A program made the position numbers and the translations under genes. A DNA stretch of 64,000 nucleotides from Octopus sinensis (lineage: Eukaryota), in contig NC_043016.1 of assembly GCF_006345805.1 (NCBI RefSeq), positions 6,882,001-6,946,000 on the forward strand, read 5' to 3'. This document shows, piece after piece, positions 1 through 11,925 of this stretch; position 1 is the stretch's first letter, and every line of letters starts with the position of its first letter. The notes beneath the pieces are model-generated. The model was not told where the DNA came from. It worked only from the letters and a program-made list of their open reading frames with translations, and made no database searches.

Positions 1-1020
1 TATCTTTCATTGACAAATCTTTAAAAGCTCCAGTATATTTATAATTCAGTTAATGATGACCGACATCATTACGTACAAATACACGAGTCCAAGAATTAAT
101 ATCAGAAGGGACGAAACTTTTAGTATTTTGTAATTCACTTGTAAAAGAAGGAACATCACTCTCAGTGTTCGCAGGTTGTTACTCATTTCCACGACACTGC
201 AAAAAACTGTTTAGTGATCCTCGAAGAAACATTCAATTCGTTGATCGGGTTGTACCAGAGTACGGTGTGATTTTTATATTTCCTTTTGTGTGTATTTGAT
301 GTATTCTATATTGCTGTGTTGTGTTCAGGTGGGAGTTTTTTTCGGTAGAAGGGTTGGTAATTTGATTATTGTTATATGACCGTAGTGGTGTTTTGGGCCG
401 ATGTAATTTCTGTAGGTATGTGTTCTACTTGATTGGTTACCGTCGTTTTGTGTGTGTCGTATATTTGTGTGTTGTTTTCATGTATGTACTTAATCCGTTC
501 TCCGAATCCTGTACTTGCTAAAGCCTCATTATAATAGGATGCTTGCAAGTTGAATATTCCTTCACTGGCAGACAATCGGAATATCCTAGTCTAAATATTA
601 TTTACTAGCTCCCATGTAATGGATGCTGGATGATTAGACATGGCATTAATGTATTTTAAGCTGGCATTAGGTTTGTGGAATGACTTGTATAGGCCGGTGT
701 CAAGGTTGAATGTGGTATCCAGGAAGTTAACACTGCAGCATTCAGTTTCTGATGATGGTTAGTCATACATTTTTAGATATCTTAAATAGTTTTTTTTCTT
801 ACGCCATTCTACGTCTACGTTTGTGTTGCGGTTCAAGTAGAAGAAAGTATAGTTCCTATATAGGCTGGGAGTGTGGCTTGCATTAGGGATAGGATGTAGA
901 CGCCAACCAAACCAGAGACTTGTGCGGGGTTGGATGATCCCATCTCTATATCAAAGGCGTCAGCTCCATCTACTACGCACCAGAGTTTACCGTCAAAATC
1001 TATCAACGTACCTCTAGCCA
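1..1020 (-). mobile_element. Degenerate Penelope-like retroelement (RT/thumb region), stops and frameshifts
   Basis: Minus-strand translation gives PLE-type motifs FDIEMGS..AQVSGLVGVYIL (cf. FDVTMGSYDGAE.CELVGLYIL), VNFLDTTFNLDTGLYKSFHKPN..LKYINAMSNHP, LSASEGIFN..ASYYNEALASTGF and LWYNP; recognised from family knowledge. Confidence 0.8.
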
Positions 1021-1059
1021 CTAGTATTATATCAGTTTCCTGACAGGATGAATCGGTAT

Positions 1060-1063
1060 CTAT

Positions 1064-1103
<40 letters not shown>

Positions 1104-1182
1104 ATATATCTATCTATCTATCTATCTATCTATATCTATCATCTATCTATCTATATATATATATATATTATATATATATATA

Positions 1183-1234
<52 letters not shown>

Positions 1235-1269
1235 TATATATATATATATTATATATAATATATATATAT

Positions 1270-1301
<32 letters not shown>

Positions 1302-1316
1302 CACACATACACACAC
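1060..1316. repeat. Compound microsatellite (ATCT)n-(AT)n-(AC)n
   Basis: Direct reading; the overlapping ORFs are low-complexity translations. Confidence 0.95.
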
Positions 1317-1340
1317 ATTTTTGTATGTGTGTGCGCGGAT

Positions 1341-1461
1341 TGAAGGACTGTTGCGATAAGTGTGTGAATCTGAGAGAGGAATATGTTGAATAAAATCATA
1401 ATTTAACTGATCCTCTTGTATTTTCTTTTCCCCAAAACCAGGGTCTTTCAGCACCCCCTCG
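1341..1461 (+). mobile_element. Right-end fragment of a mariner element
   Basis: Closely similar to 33897-33988; ends in CAGCACCCCCTCG|TA, the reverse complement of the mariner-type left end CGAGGGTGTGCT at 32924. Confidence 0.75.
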
Positions 1462-1561
1462 TATATGTATATAATATTAGGGTAATAAAAATTATAGAAA
1501 TTATTATTACCAGTGGCCTAGCACAAAAAAATAGTCAATAGACTGTATATTATTCACATAA

Positions 1562-1796
1562 AAATATCGTGTACATTAAAACACATTAAGAGGCTTCCAA
1601 ATAGGAAAGCCCTTGTGCTAGAAAGAGCAGTAGAAAACTCAAACCTAGGAACTAAATTAGATGGTAAACGTTTTTAATTTTCAATCCTTTCGAGAATTTA
1701 TCCATAATTGGTGGTTTGAGTTTTCTACTGCTCTTTCTAGCAGAAGGGCTTTCCTATTTGGAAGCCTCTTAATGTGCTCTAATGTACACGATATTT
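1562..1796. repeat. 84-bp inverted repeat (arms 1562-1645 and 1713-1796), probable Penelope-type terminal fragment
   Basis: Arms align as reverse complements with few mismatches; 67-bp spacer; set in (TA)n/(TG)n. PLE origin is inferred. Confidence 0.8.
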
Positions 1797-1798
1797 AT

Positions 1799-1848
<50 letters not shown>

Positions 1849-1867
1849 TGTGTGTGTGTGCGTGTGG

Positions 1868-2097
1868 TGCGTCTTTGTATCGATGTTTGAGTCCCACACA
1901 CTTGACAACCGGTGTTGGTGTGTTGACATCCCCGAAATCTAGCGGTTCGACCAAAATAATCGATAGAATAAGTAGAAGGCTTTACAAAAAAAGTTCTGGA
2001 GTCGATATATTCGGCTAAGAATTCTTCAAGGCATGGCCCCAGAATGGCCGTAGTCTAATGACTGAAACAAGTAAAAGATAAAGATAAAAGATAAAAA
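1868..2097 (+). mobile_element. 3' part of a CORE-like tRNA SINE (same family as 10381-10796)
   Basis: Shares CTTGACAACCG.TG.TGGTG, GATAGAATAAGTA and ATGACTGAAACAAGTAAAAGA with 10610-10790. Confidence 0.8.
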
Positions 2098-2117
2098 GTG
2101 TGTGTGTGTGTGTGTGT

Positions 2118-2157
<40 letters not shown>

Positions 2158-2319
2158 GAGAGAGAGAGAGAGAGAGAGCGTGTGTGTGTGTGTGCGTGTG
2201 CGTATGCATGTGTGTATGTGTGTGTGTGTGTGTGTAACGATGGTTATATGCATACAGAGCGATGGAGTAAGTTTTTAAAATGAGAGTTATTTCCCTTCTT
2301 CATAATAGATTCCAAGTAT

Positions 2320-2510
2320 AATGTAGATCTAGCAGAATCGTTAACATGCCGGACAAAATGTTTTGCGGCATTTCGTTCGTCTTCACGCGCTGAGTTCAAA
2401 TTCTGACGAGGTCAGTCTTACATTTTAATCTTTCGGGGCCTTATAAAATAAAAACCAATCGAATTCCTACCCTAAATGCAAGCCTTCTGCCAAAATTAGA
2501 AGCCGACGTA
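2320..2510 (+). mobile_element. Old diverged tRNA SINE (GAGTTCAAATT B-box family)
   Basis: Head AGCAGAATCGTTAACATGCCGGAC and B-box GAGTTCAAATTC match the younger copies at 3814 and 44183. Confidence 0.7.
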
Positions 2511-2565
2511 TTAAGTAAACAGGTATGATTCAAAAATACAAATGAAAAGCAAAAGCAAAAAACTT

Positions 2566-2773
2566 ACACATACATACGCACACACATACATACACACATA
2601 CATACATACATACATATATACGTACATACATACGCACACACGCACACACACATACATACATACATACATACATACATACATACATACATACATACATACA
2701 TACATACACACACATACAAATATACATGCACATACATACATACATACATACATACATACATACATACATACAT

Positions 2774-2804
<31 letters not shown>

Positions 2805-3011
2805 TACATTCATACATTCATACATACATACGCACATACATACATACATACATACATACATACATACACACACATACATACATACATGCATGCATGGATG
2901 CATACACACACACACACATATATATATAGATATGTATATATTATGTATATGTATATATATATATACATATACATATATATATGTATATATATATATACAT
3001 ACATACATGCA

Positions 3012-3043
<32 letters not shown>

Positions 3044-3056
3044 CATAATACATACA

Positions 3057-3092
<36 letters not shown>

Positions 3093-3103
3093 TATATATG
3101 TGT

Positions 3104-3140
<37 letters not shown>
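2566..3140. repeat. (TACA)n/(TA)n/(TG)n compound microsatellite
   Basis: Direct reading. Confidence 0.95.
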
Positions 3141-3142
<2 letters not shown>

Positions 3143-3813
3143 TGTATAATTGAACGGATCTAGTCTTTTTCATTCAATTTTGCTCAGATTGCTATCAATT
3201 TTGGTGTATCGATGCAATTCCGAATTTTAATTACGATCAACCAATTACTTTATCTCGTAAATTACAGAATCTGATGTTATTTGGAATTAAAGTTGGGAAA
3301 TTTGGGTAATTTTAGCCAATCAACAGACAGTGTGGCATTAACACCTTCTTACCATGACATCCGCACGTTGTATTGTGTTACACCCGCTTCTGTGGATTCT
3401 TCGCACCACGAGATTTACTTCACCCGTCTGTTTTGTTTTAATAAAAATTCATATTTATCAATTAGAATTTTGATAGATATTTTTCGTCAATTGTCTTAAT
3501 ATTTTACATATTATTCATATACAGCAAAAGTTGTTTGCGATGTTTATACAGTTTCTTGGCATTATGAAGGTGAATGGAATATGTGAACTTGGTACAGATA
3601 ATTTGACATTATTTTTGAATTCTGCGCGCAAAATCATTATAAGATACAGGTGTTCTTTCTCTTAGGACAAATTCTTTGTTGACCAGTGTTACTTTTTATC
3701 GTAGTTTACAAATCCAAGCATGAAAACCTTACTCAGCTTTGACGTTTTGGAGACAGACGCCCCCTTTTCATACACACACACACACACACATGCACTTATA
3801 TATTAATGATGTA

Positions 3814-4039
3814 AAAGGCGGCGAGCTATCAGAAACGTTAGCGTCCCGGGCGAAATATGTAGTCGTATTTCGTCTGCCGCTACGTTCTGAGTTCAAATTC
3901 CGCCGAGGTCGACATCCTTTCGGGGTCGATAAATTAAGTACCAGTTAGGCACTGGGGTCGATGTAATCGACTTAATCCGTTTGTCCGTCCTTGTTTGTCC
4001 CCTCTGTGTTTAGCCCCTTGGTGGAAATAAAGAAATAGG
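3814..4039 (+). mobile_element. tRNA-derived SINE with GCCTTTCATCCTTTCGGGGTCGATAAATTAAGTACCAG core (Meta/MESC-like), 15-bp TSD
   Basis: A-box-like head, B-box GAGTTCAAATTCC, TSD TATATTAATGA(T/C)GTA at 3799-3813 and 4040-4054. Superfamily assignment is from memory. Confidence 0.85.
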
Positions 4040-4532
4040 TATATTAATGACGTACAGAAAAACATGACAGGTAAACATAATACTAAAATACGTATGAAGT
4101 AAACACACGCAGACAAATATATTAATATTACAAATTAAGAAAAAAGAAACATAATAAAAACATACAATCAATGAAAAGACAAAAGAAACAGTAAGATTTA
4201 TACATGTTGATTTTATTAGGTATTTCTTTTTTTATTTAGAAACCTACAATGAACAGGTCATTTCACAGACGCGTAACTATAAATTTCACAGAGTACCACC
4301 TTAAAGTTGACACCGTTCCGCTAAAACGCAGAAAATTTCTGTCTCGTTATTGGCTATAAATACATTTTTTTTTTTTTTTTCGATTTTTAAACCCCTGAAA
4401 CTTTTTGCTGCAATTTTATTCTCCACGACATCATACCTTCATAGCAGTTAAACTGGAAAACTTTATTATTATAGCCGATTTTCAAATTTTTTGTGAATGA
4501 AAAAAAAACTAGATCCTTGAAAACATTTGGAG

Positions 4533-4576
<44 letters not shown>

Positions 4577-4664
4577 TGTAAAATTAGGGTGAATACTTGA
4601 TAAGTGTAAGCACCTGTATACGCCAGCTAGTGGCTGAGGTGAGAAGGTATATATATATAAAATA

Positions 4665-4887
4665 AAATCAAAAACAGACCACAAAGGATGTCGCGGTACA
4701 CGTGTTTCAAGCTTTATAAACGACATATTCTTACATCAGTGTATAATAGATATGAAGGATGGTTTAAAGCTTTCTTCAGCCGCATGCATTGTTTATTCCA
4801 AAGAGTTACTCCAAAGAGTTAGAATAGGTCGTTTATAAAGCTTGAAACACGTGTACCGCGACATCCTTTGTGGTCTGTTTTTGATTT
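4665..4887. repeat. 67-bp inverted repeat (arms 4665-4731, 4821-4887), Penelope-type terminal fragment
   Basis: One mismatch between arms; the spacer contains a minus-strand CTGAAGA half hammerhead core (TCTTCAG at about 4773-4779). Confidence 0.8.
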
Positions 4888-4934
4888 GTATTTGATATAT
4901 ATTATATATAATATATATATAATTATTATGTGCT

Positions 4935-4974
<40 letters not shown>

Positions 4975-5092
4975 AGCACATAAATGTGAAACAAGGTGGG
5001 AAATACTGGGGAATAACGGAGGTAGAGTAGTATGCTTTATTATTAATGCTGCAAAAAGCATGACAAAATATCACCAAAAAGTGCATCCTCAA

Positions 5093-5145
5093 TCACAACT
5101 GTCCGACGAATAGGAACATGAAACTCTGAGTAGCAGTTTTTGTGA
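5093..5145 (+). ncRNA. Minimal type I hammerhead ribozyme-like motif (variant core CCGACGA)
   Basis: AACTGT-CCGACGA-ATAGGAACAT-GAAA-CTCTGAG-TA-GCAGTT: stem I AACTGT/GCAGTT, near-palindromic stem III ACTC-T-GAGT, GUA triplet; lies inside an inverted repeat (about 5031-5060 / 5158-5184). Stem II is only 2 bp. Confidence 0.55.
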
Positions 5146-5190
5146 TACCTTGTGTTGTTTTTGCAGCTTCAATAATAAAGTATATATATT

Positions 5191-5990
5191 CTTTTACTCT
5201 TTTACTTGTTTCAGTCATGTGACTGCGGCCATGCTGGAGCACCGCCTTTAGTCGAACAAATCAACCCCAGGACTTATTCTTTGTAAGCTTAGTATTTATT
5301 CTATCGGTCTCTTTTGCTGAACCGCCGCAAGACTTCGCCCCCCACCCCAAAAAAAGAAAACCATCCTTAATTTTTTTTTTTTCACACAAACCCCACTTTT
5401 CGGCTACGGGGAATACGAATCTGCAAAAAAATTAGCAAAAATCGACATTTCTAAATTACCATCCCCCCACCCCCATTTCCTTCATTTTTCACTTTAAAAA
5501 AAAATTTTTTTTTTTCAAAATATGCGGAAAATTTTTTAATGAATTTTTCTTTTTGTTTTCTAAATATGCAGAAAAATACGGACATTATGATTCGCATAAA
5601 AATTTCAAAACATTTCTGTACTTACGGTTACGGTTAGGGTTTTAGAGTTAGGGTTAAGGTGTTAGGGTTAGGGTTGGGGTTTTAGAGTTAGGGTTAGGGT
5701 TAGGGCTTTAAGGTTAGGGTTTTTAGGGTTAGCGTTGGGGAAAAAGTCAAAATTGAAGAAGTTGGGTGGAAATTTCACAATGCTGAATTTTGGCAGTTTT
5801 CCGGAACCTCCATATCTGAAAACAAGGAATTTTGGAAAAAAAAGTTTTTTAAATAAACAAATTTGGGACAAAATAATGGGGACGGGCGGAAGTCTTTCCG
5901 GGACCGCTAAGCAACGGGAACGTAAACTTACCAACATCGGTTGTCAATGTTGGGGGGACAAACACAGACGCACAAACATATACACACGCA
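5191..5990 (-). mobile_element. CORE-like SINE 3' half split by a nested TIR element
   Basis: 5191-5325 and 5903-5990 are contiguous pieces of the reverse complement of the 10381-10796 family. Confidence 0.8.
5326..5902. mobile_element. Non-autonomous TIR element with internal degenerate (TTAGGG)n tract
   Basis: Imperfect TIRs CGCAAGACTTCGCCC / GGGCGGAAGTCTTTCCGGG, flanking direct repeat ACCGC (5321-5325, 5903-5907), telomere-like tract about 5622-5740. Confidence 0.65.
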
Positions 5991-6027
5991 TACATATAAG
6001 AAACCCCTTTTGGTTATGCATGTCCAT

Positions 6028-6322
6028 ATGATTGCACCTACAAAGTTAGCCTCCGAGGCACAAGTCCGGGCAAGGTTGTTTATGGAAGACCAGCAGTCAC
6101 CCATGCATACCGGACCCCCTCTCCACGCCACCAGTGTTATCCAAGGGAAAGGCAAAAGGGGCCGATACAGCTTGGCACCAGTAACGGCGCAACACATTTC
6201 TACAGCTGAGTAAACTGAAGGAATGTGAAATAAAGTCTCTTGCTCAAGAACACAATACGCAGCACGGTCTGGGATTCGAACTCACAGCCTCACGATCTAA
6301 CCACTGAGCCATGCACCTTCAC
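6028..6322 (-). mobile_element. tRNA-derived SINE (family also at 35211-35551 and 43940-44070)
   Basis: Reverse complement begins GTGAAGGTGCATGGCTCAGTGGTTAG with B-box GAGTTCGAATCC; body matches the 35211 copy. Confidence 0.85.
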
Positions 6323-6568
6323 ACACTTATATATATATATATATATATATAGGTTATAAAATGAGATAGGGGTTGAAAATTCAACCCACCATGGGATAAT
6401 ATATATCCAATATACTGCTAGATAGGTACCCAACAATTTTAATACATAGATGTTAACAATGTCAAACAATCAGTTCATCTATTGCATTATATGGGTAAAG
6501 GTAATAATATTACCGTAATTAATACTACAAAATTAGAGAATATTCTCTAATTTTGTTATATATATATA

Positions 6569-6635
<67 letters not shown>

Positions 6636-6860
6636 ACACATACATATAGGTCTAACAAATCCACCCACGAGGCTATAGTAGAAGACACACTTGCCCAAAT
6701 GTCAAGCAGTGGGGCTGAACCCTGAACTAAGTGGTTGTTATCTCATCACACAGTCACTCCTGCGCCTATGATAATAAAAATATATGTGTATGTACGTATG
6801 ACAGAATGCGTCATCGCCCGAAAGCACCGGCCGAGATTTACCTATATACACATACATAAA

Positions 6861-6892
<32 letters not shown>

Positions 6893-7054
6893 CGTACATA
6901 TATCTATATATCTATATGGGGGTGAGGGTCGTAAATCACTTCCTAGTTTCGGCGGGGAAGGTTGAAATTTGATATTATTGTGATGAGTGGTCAGTCTACA
7001 GGTTTATAGCTTTAAGTTTATAGTGTGTATGTGCGTGCATATACACACGCATAC

Positions 7055-7085
<31 letters not shown>

Positions 7086-7087
7086 CA

Positions 7088-7121
<34 letters not shown>

Positions 7122-7244
7122 CATACATACATACATACACACAGGCGTACGTACGTACATACATACATACATGCATGCATGCATACATGCGTGTATACAT
7201 ACATACACAGATACATACGTACATATATATGACGAACTAACTGT

Positions 7245-7561
<317 letters not shown>

Positions 7562-7585
7562 ATATGTTACATTACACGATAGTCG

Positions 7586-7648
7586 AGATAAAACTCTGAG
7601 TTTCAGATGCCGAAGTGGGAATCCACGACGCCATCTCTTCGGTTATCT
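7586..7648 (-). ncRNA. Type I hammerhead ribozyme-like motif (variant core CCGAAGA)
   Basis: Minus strand AGATAA-CCGAAGA-GATG..CATC-T-GAAA-CTCAGAG-TT-TTATCT: perfect 6-bp stem I; sits in an inverted repeat 7553-7600 / 7669-7715. Same family as 60991-61052. Confidence 0.6.
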
Positions 7649-7737
7649 GGCTATTTGAAAACGCTTATCTCAGAGTTTATCTTGACTATCGTGTAATGTA
7701 ACATATTATTTTATAGATAAATTTCCTCTATTACATA

Positions 7738-7773
<36 letters not shown>

Positions 7774-7817
7774 CGTATGTATGTATGTATGTATGTATGT
7801 ATGTATGTATGTATGTA

Positions 7818-7852
<35 letters not shown>

Positions 7853-8750
7853 ATGTATGTATGTATGTGTGTATGTATGTGTGTGTGTGTATGTATGTAT
7901 GTATATATGTAAGTATGTGTGTGTATATGCACGCACATACACACTATAAACTTAAAGCTATAAACCCGTAGTGATGGATAGATGTAGACTGACCACTCAT
8001 CACAATAATATGTATGTATGTATGTATGTATGTATTATACATATTGTAGGTATGTATGTATATTTGTGTGTGTGTTGTGTATATATACCGGATTACAGAT
8101 GATTGATTTTCATAGAATAAGGGAAACAACTTCTCTTAGACAAGGGAGACAACTGTATTTAATTTGTTTTTTCATCCAGTGCGTTTTTTTGTGGTAGTGG
8201 GAGGAGGAAATAAGAATGCAAGTAACAGAGATATAAACACTGAGTTTTTTTTTTGTTGTCGTTATTGTTATTGCTTTTCATTTGTATTTTTAAATCACAC
8301 CCGTTTACTTAATATATCGGCTTCTAATTTTTGCAGAAGGCTTGTATTTAGGGTAGGGGTTCGATTGGTATTCATTTTATAAGGCCCCGAAAGGATAAAC
8401 TGTAAGGCTGATCTCGTCGGAATATAAACTCAGAACGGGAAGACGGACGAAATACCGCAAAATATTTTGTTCGGCATGTTAACGTTTCTGCCATCTCTAC
8501 CGTATTAAAATTGGAAAGTATTATTTACAAAGGAAAACTTACGCTCCGATTTCAAATTCTGCTGAGGTCGACTTTGCCTTTCATTCTTCCAGCACGATAC
8601 ATTAAGTACCAGTTACATACTGAGGTTCATGTGATCGATTTCCCCTCCCCACATATTTCAAGCCTGGTAACTTCAGTAGAAAGTATTATTAAAAGGGGAA
8701 ATAACTCTCAATTGTTCTTTATAAACAACTTCATCGCTCTAATATATACC

Positions 8751-9165
8751 TTTTTTCTTTACTACCCACAAGGGGCTAAACATAGAGAGGACAAACAAGG
8801 ACAGACAAACAGATTAAATCGATTGTATCGACCATAGTGCGTAACTGGTACTTATTTAATGGACCCCGAAAGGATGAAAGGCAAAATCGACCTCGGCGGA
8901 ATTTGAACTCAGAACGTAGCGGCAGATGAAATACCTATTCTCTTACTACCCACAAGGGCTAAACACAGAGAGGACAAAACAAGGACAGACATAGTATTCA
9001 GTCGATTATATCGACCCCAGTGCGTAGCTGGTACTTATTTAATCGACCCCGAAAGGATGAAAGCAAAGTCGACCTCGGTAGAATTTGAACTGAGAACGTA
9101 ACGACAAACGAAATACTGCTAAACATTTCGCCCGGCTTACTAACCACTCTGCCAGCTCGCCGCCC
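8751..9165 (-). mobile_element. Head-to-tail SINE dimer (full monomer plus headless monomer) in a single 20-bp TSD
   Basis: TSD TCATCGCTCTAATA(T/C)ATACC at 8731-8750 and 9166-9185; monomer junction at about 8931-8935. Confidence 0.85.
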
Positions 9166-9262
9166 TCATCGCTCTAATACATACCTTCACTACTACACGC
9201 GCGCGCGCACACCCACACAAACATTGTTGCTGTTATATTAAACTGTCGTATATCCAAATATG

Positions 9263-9636
9263 TGGAGGCGCAATGGCCCAGTGGTTAGGGCAGCGGACTC
9301 GCGGTCATAGGATCGCGGTTTCGATTCCCAGACCAGGCTTTGTGAGTGTTTATTAAGCGAAAACACCTAAAGCTCCACGAGGCTCCTGTAGGGCTGGTGG
9401 TGATCCCTGCTGTACACACAAACTTTCTCTCACTCTTACTTCCTGTTTCTGTTGTCCTGTATTTCAAAGGGCGGCCTTGTCATTCTCTGTGTCACGCTGA
9501 ATATCCCCGAGAACTACGTTAAGGGTGCACGTGTCTGTGGAGTGCTCAGCCACTTACACGTTAATTTCACGAGCAGGCTGTTCCGTTGATTCGGATTAAC
9601 CGGGACCCTCGTCGTCGTAACCGACGGAGTGCTTCC
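9263..9636 (+). mobile_element. Full-length tRNA-derived SINE, 11-bp TSD
   Basis: Head GGAGGCGCAATGGCCCAGTGGTTAGG, B-box GGTTTCGATTCC; TSD ATCCAAATATG at 9252-9262 and 9637-9647. Confidence 0.85.
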
Positions 9637-10349
9637 ATCCAAATATGGCCAAATGCGGGTTTTTTTTTGTTTTTGTTTTTTAATAATTATTTTCACTTGC
9701 AACAACCGGTTCTTATGGTCAGTCTATCGCATCTCCAGCTGCTTCAGATGCCAAGATATCGAAAAGTATCAAAGTGTAGTACAATGGTTTTTGCTATGGA
9801 GTGGTGAAACTATTTTTTCGTTCTCAGGCAAAAAAAAAAAAAAAAAAGGCAACGTCTCATACTTACGACACTTTTACATAATAGCAACGATATATTTATA
9901 TCGCCCTTGACCGCTACTGGTGACCCAGTACAAACGTTTGCATGGTAGAGTCGTTGGCGACTAAACTGGCAACGCCACCAAGCTTACCTATGCAGGGGGT
10001 GGTTGTTGGACACCCTGCCGGACGAAAAGTAAGACCTGTCAAAGGGCGGAAGAACTCGTGTGTAGTCAACGGCCATCCAGCATTATGTATACATGGGTGG
10101 GTGTGTTTGTGTGTGTATATTACTATATGTATATTTAATTTTTTTTATATACCTTTTATATATATTTTTTTATATATCTTTTTATATGTTTTATATATAT
10201 TTATACATATTTTATATATTTATATATATTTATATCTCTTCATTTTATTTTATTTTATTTTACTTATAGTTTTAATTGTGAATTTATTTATTTATCTATG
10301 TATTTATATATTTTTATAAATAAATAAAAAACATTTTGTAAAAATTGCA

Positions 10350-10380
<31 letters not shown>

Positions 10381-10381
<1 letters not shown>

Positions 10382-10542
10382 GCACAGGAGTGGCTATGTG
10401 GTAAGTAGCTTGTTTACCGACCACATGGTTCCGGGTTCAGTCCCATTGCGTGGTACCTTGGTCAAGTGTCTTCTACAATAGCCTCGGGCTATTGTGAGTG
10501 GATTTGGTAGACGGAAACTGAAAGAAGCCCGCCGTATATATG

Positions 10543-10577
<35 letters not shown>

Positions 10578-10796
10578 TTGTGTATCTGTCTTAGTCACCC
10601 TAGCATTGCTTGACAACCGATGCTGGTGTGTTTATGTACCCGTTACTTAGCGGTTCGGCAAAAGAGACCGATAGAATAAGTACTGGGCTTACAATAGAAT
10701 AAGTCCCGGGGTCGAGTTGCTCGATTAAAGGCGGTGCTCCAGCATGGCCACAGTCAAATGACTGAAACAAGTAAAATAGTAAAAGAGAATAAAGAG
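10381..10796 (+). mobile_element. Full-length CORE-like tRNA SINE with internal (TA)n(TG)n
   Basis: Head GGCACAGGAGTGGCT.TGTGGTAAG, B-box GGGTTCAGTCC, core-like ACCTTGG.CAAGTGTCTT, tail ACTGAAACAAGTAAAA. Confidence 0.85.
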
Positions 10797-10851
10797 TATA
10801 TATATATATTCGTGTTATTTTTTTAATGAGTACTTATGTTTTTCCTGTTTG

Positions 10852-11925
10852 TGTGTGGTGGGGCAGATGAGGCTCATTAGCCGTGATGAAGGCAACTCTT
10901 CCAGGAGAGGGACACTCTGACATAAAACAAGGTCATAGTAATGACAGTCCCTTAACTGGCTGCCTTGTCAAAACGATGACTGCTGATGGGGGGAAAACTG
11001 GACTTCTGTTTTGAAACGGAGCCGTGATTAGGACAACGAGTATAGGAGAATAAAGCTCTGAATTCAAATTGACTTACCACTGCTGGCTTGCAGAATTCTT
11101 CTGAGGAAAGGCCTAGGAAAAGGTACTCCGGTATAAAACCTGCAGTCAACTTTAGTACTAGTCATCTTGCTTGTCCCTGGAATCTACTATTCTGACCCAG
11201 AGAGTGGCAGAAGTGTTGTACGAGCATTTGTCACTGAAATCCAGTGAAGTGCAGATGTCCCCGACAAAACACCATCATCGTACAATTATCACTTTTCAAA
11301 AAGTCTAATGGCGATAGAGGCATGGCGACATATGTAGACTTGACCGGTTGGAAGCGTACAATTACAAATTTGAACATAAGGCGGCAGGGTTCTTATCTTA
11401 ACATTGCTAAAATGTTTTCTTGGACAGGAACTGTTTACAGTGGAGAATCCTCTGTCTGAGCAGCCCTTTTAAGGAGAACACTGCTCACCTGGATATACTG
11501 GGAAGGTGCTAGAAAAGGTGCAATAAAAATTGTCTGTCCTCTCTCTTCTGGTTAGTTTACTGCGGCGAACGGTGGTTCAATTTAGAAGGAATGGACAAAG
11601 AATTGATATAAACAACGATAACAAGTATGCAAGGAATAAGGTTTCTCTCAACCTGACCTGTTGGAATGTGAGAACCCTTTTAAATCGAGCAGATGGGCCT
11701 GAAAGAAGAACAGCTCTAGTAACTAAGGTGCTAAGGCATCTTAATGTTGATATTGCAGCTCTTTCTGAAACAAGATGTTCAGATGAAGATCCTCTTGTCA
11801 AAAGACTGGCAGGTTTCACATTATTCTGGGTTGGAAACCGAAGGCAGAGAAAAGAGAAGGTGGCGTTGCGTTTGCAATTAGAAGTGATTTGCTAAAAGAC
11901 CTAGAACAGCCACAAAGCATTAGTC
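10852..11925 (+). mobile_element. RTE-clade LINE 5' part (5' UTR plus start of AP endonuclease), 3'-truncated
   Basis: ORF 11530-11895: CWNVRTLLNRADGPERRTALV..NVDIAALSETR..GFTLFWVG, typical RTE/BovB-type endonuclease N-terminus. Confidence 0.85.

Noticed and set aside
5622-5740. True telomere or chromosome-fusion site
   Set aside because: Short, degenerate, single orientation and enclosed by TIRs and a TSD within a SINE.
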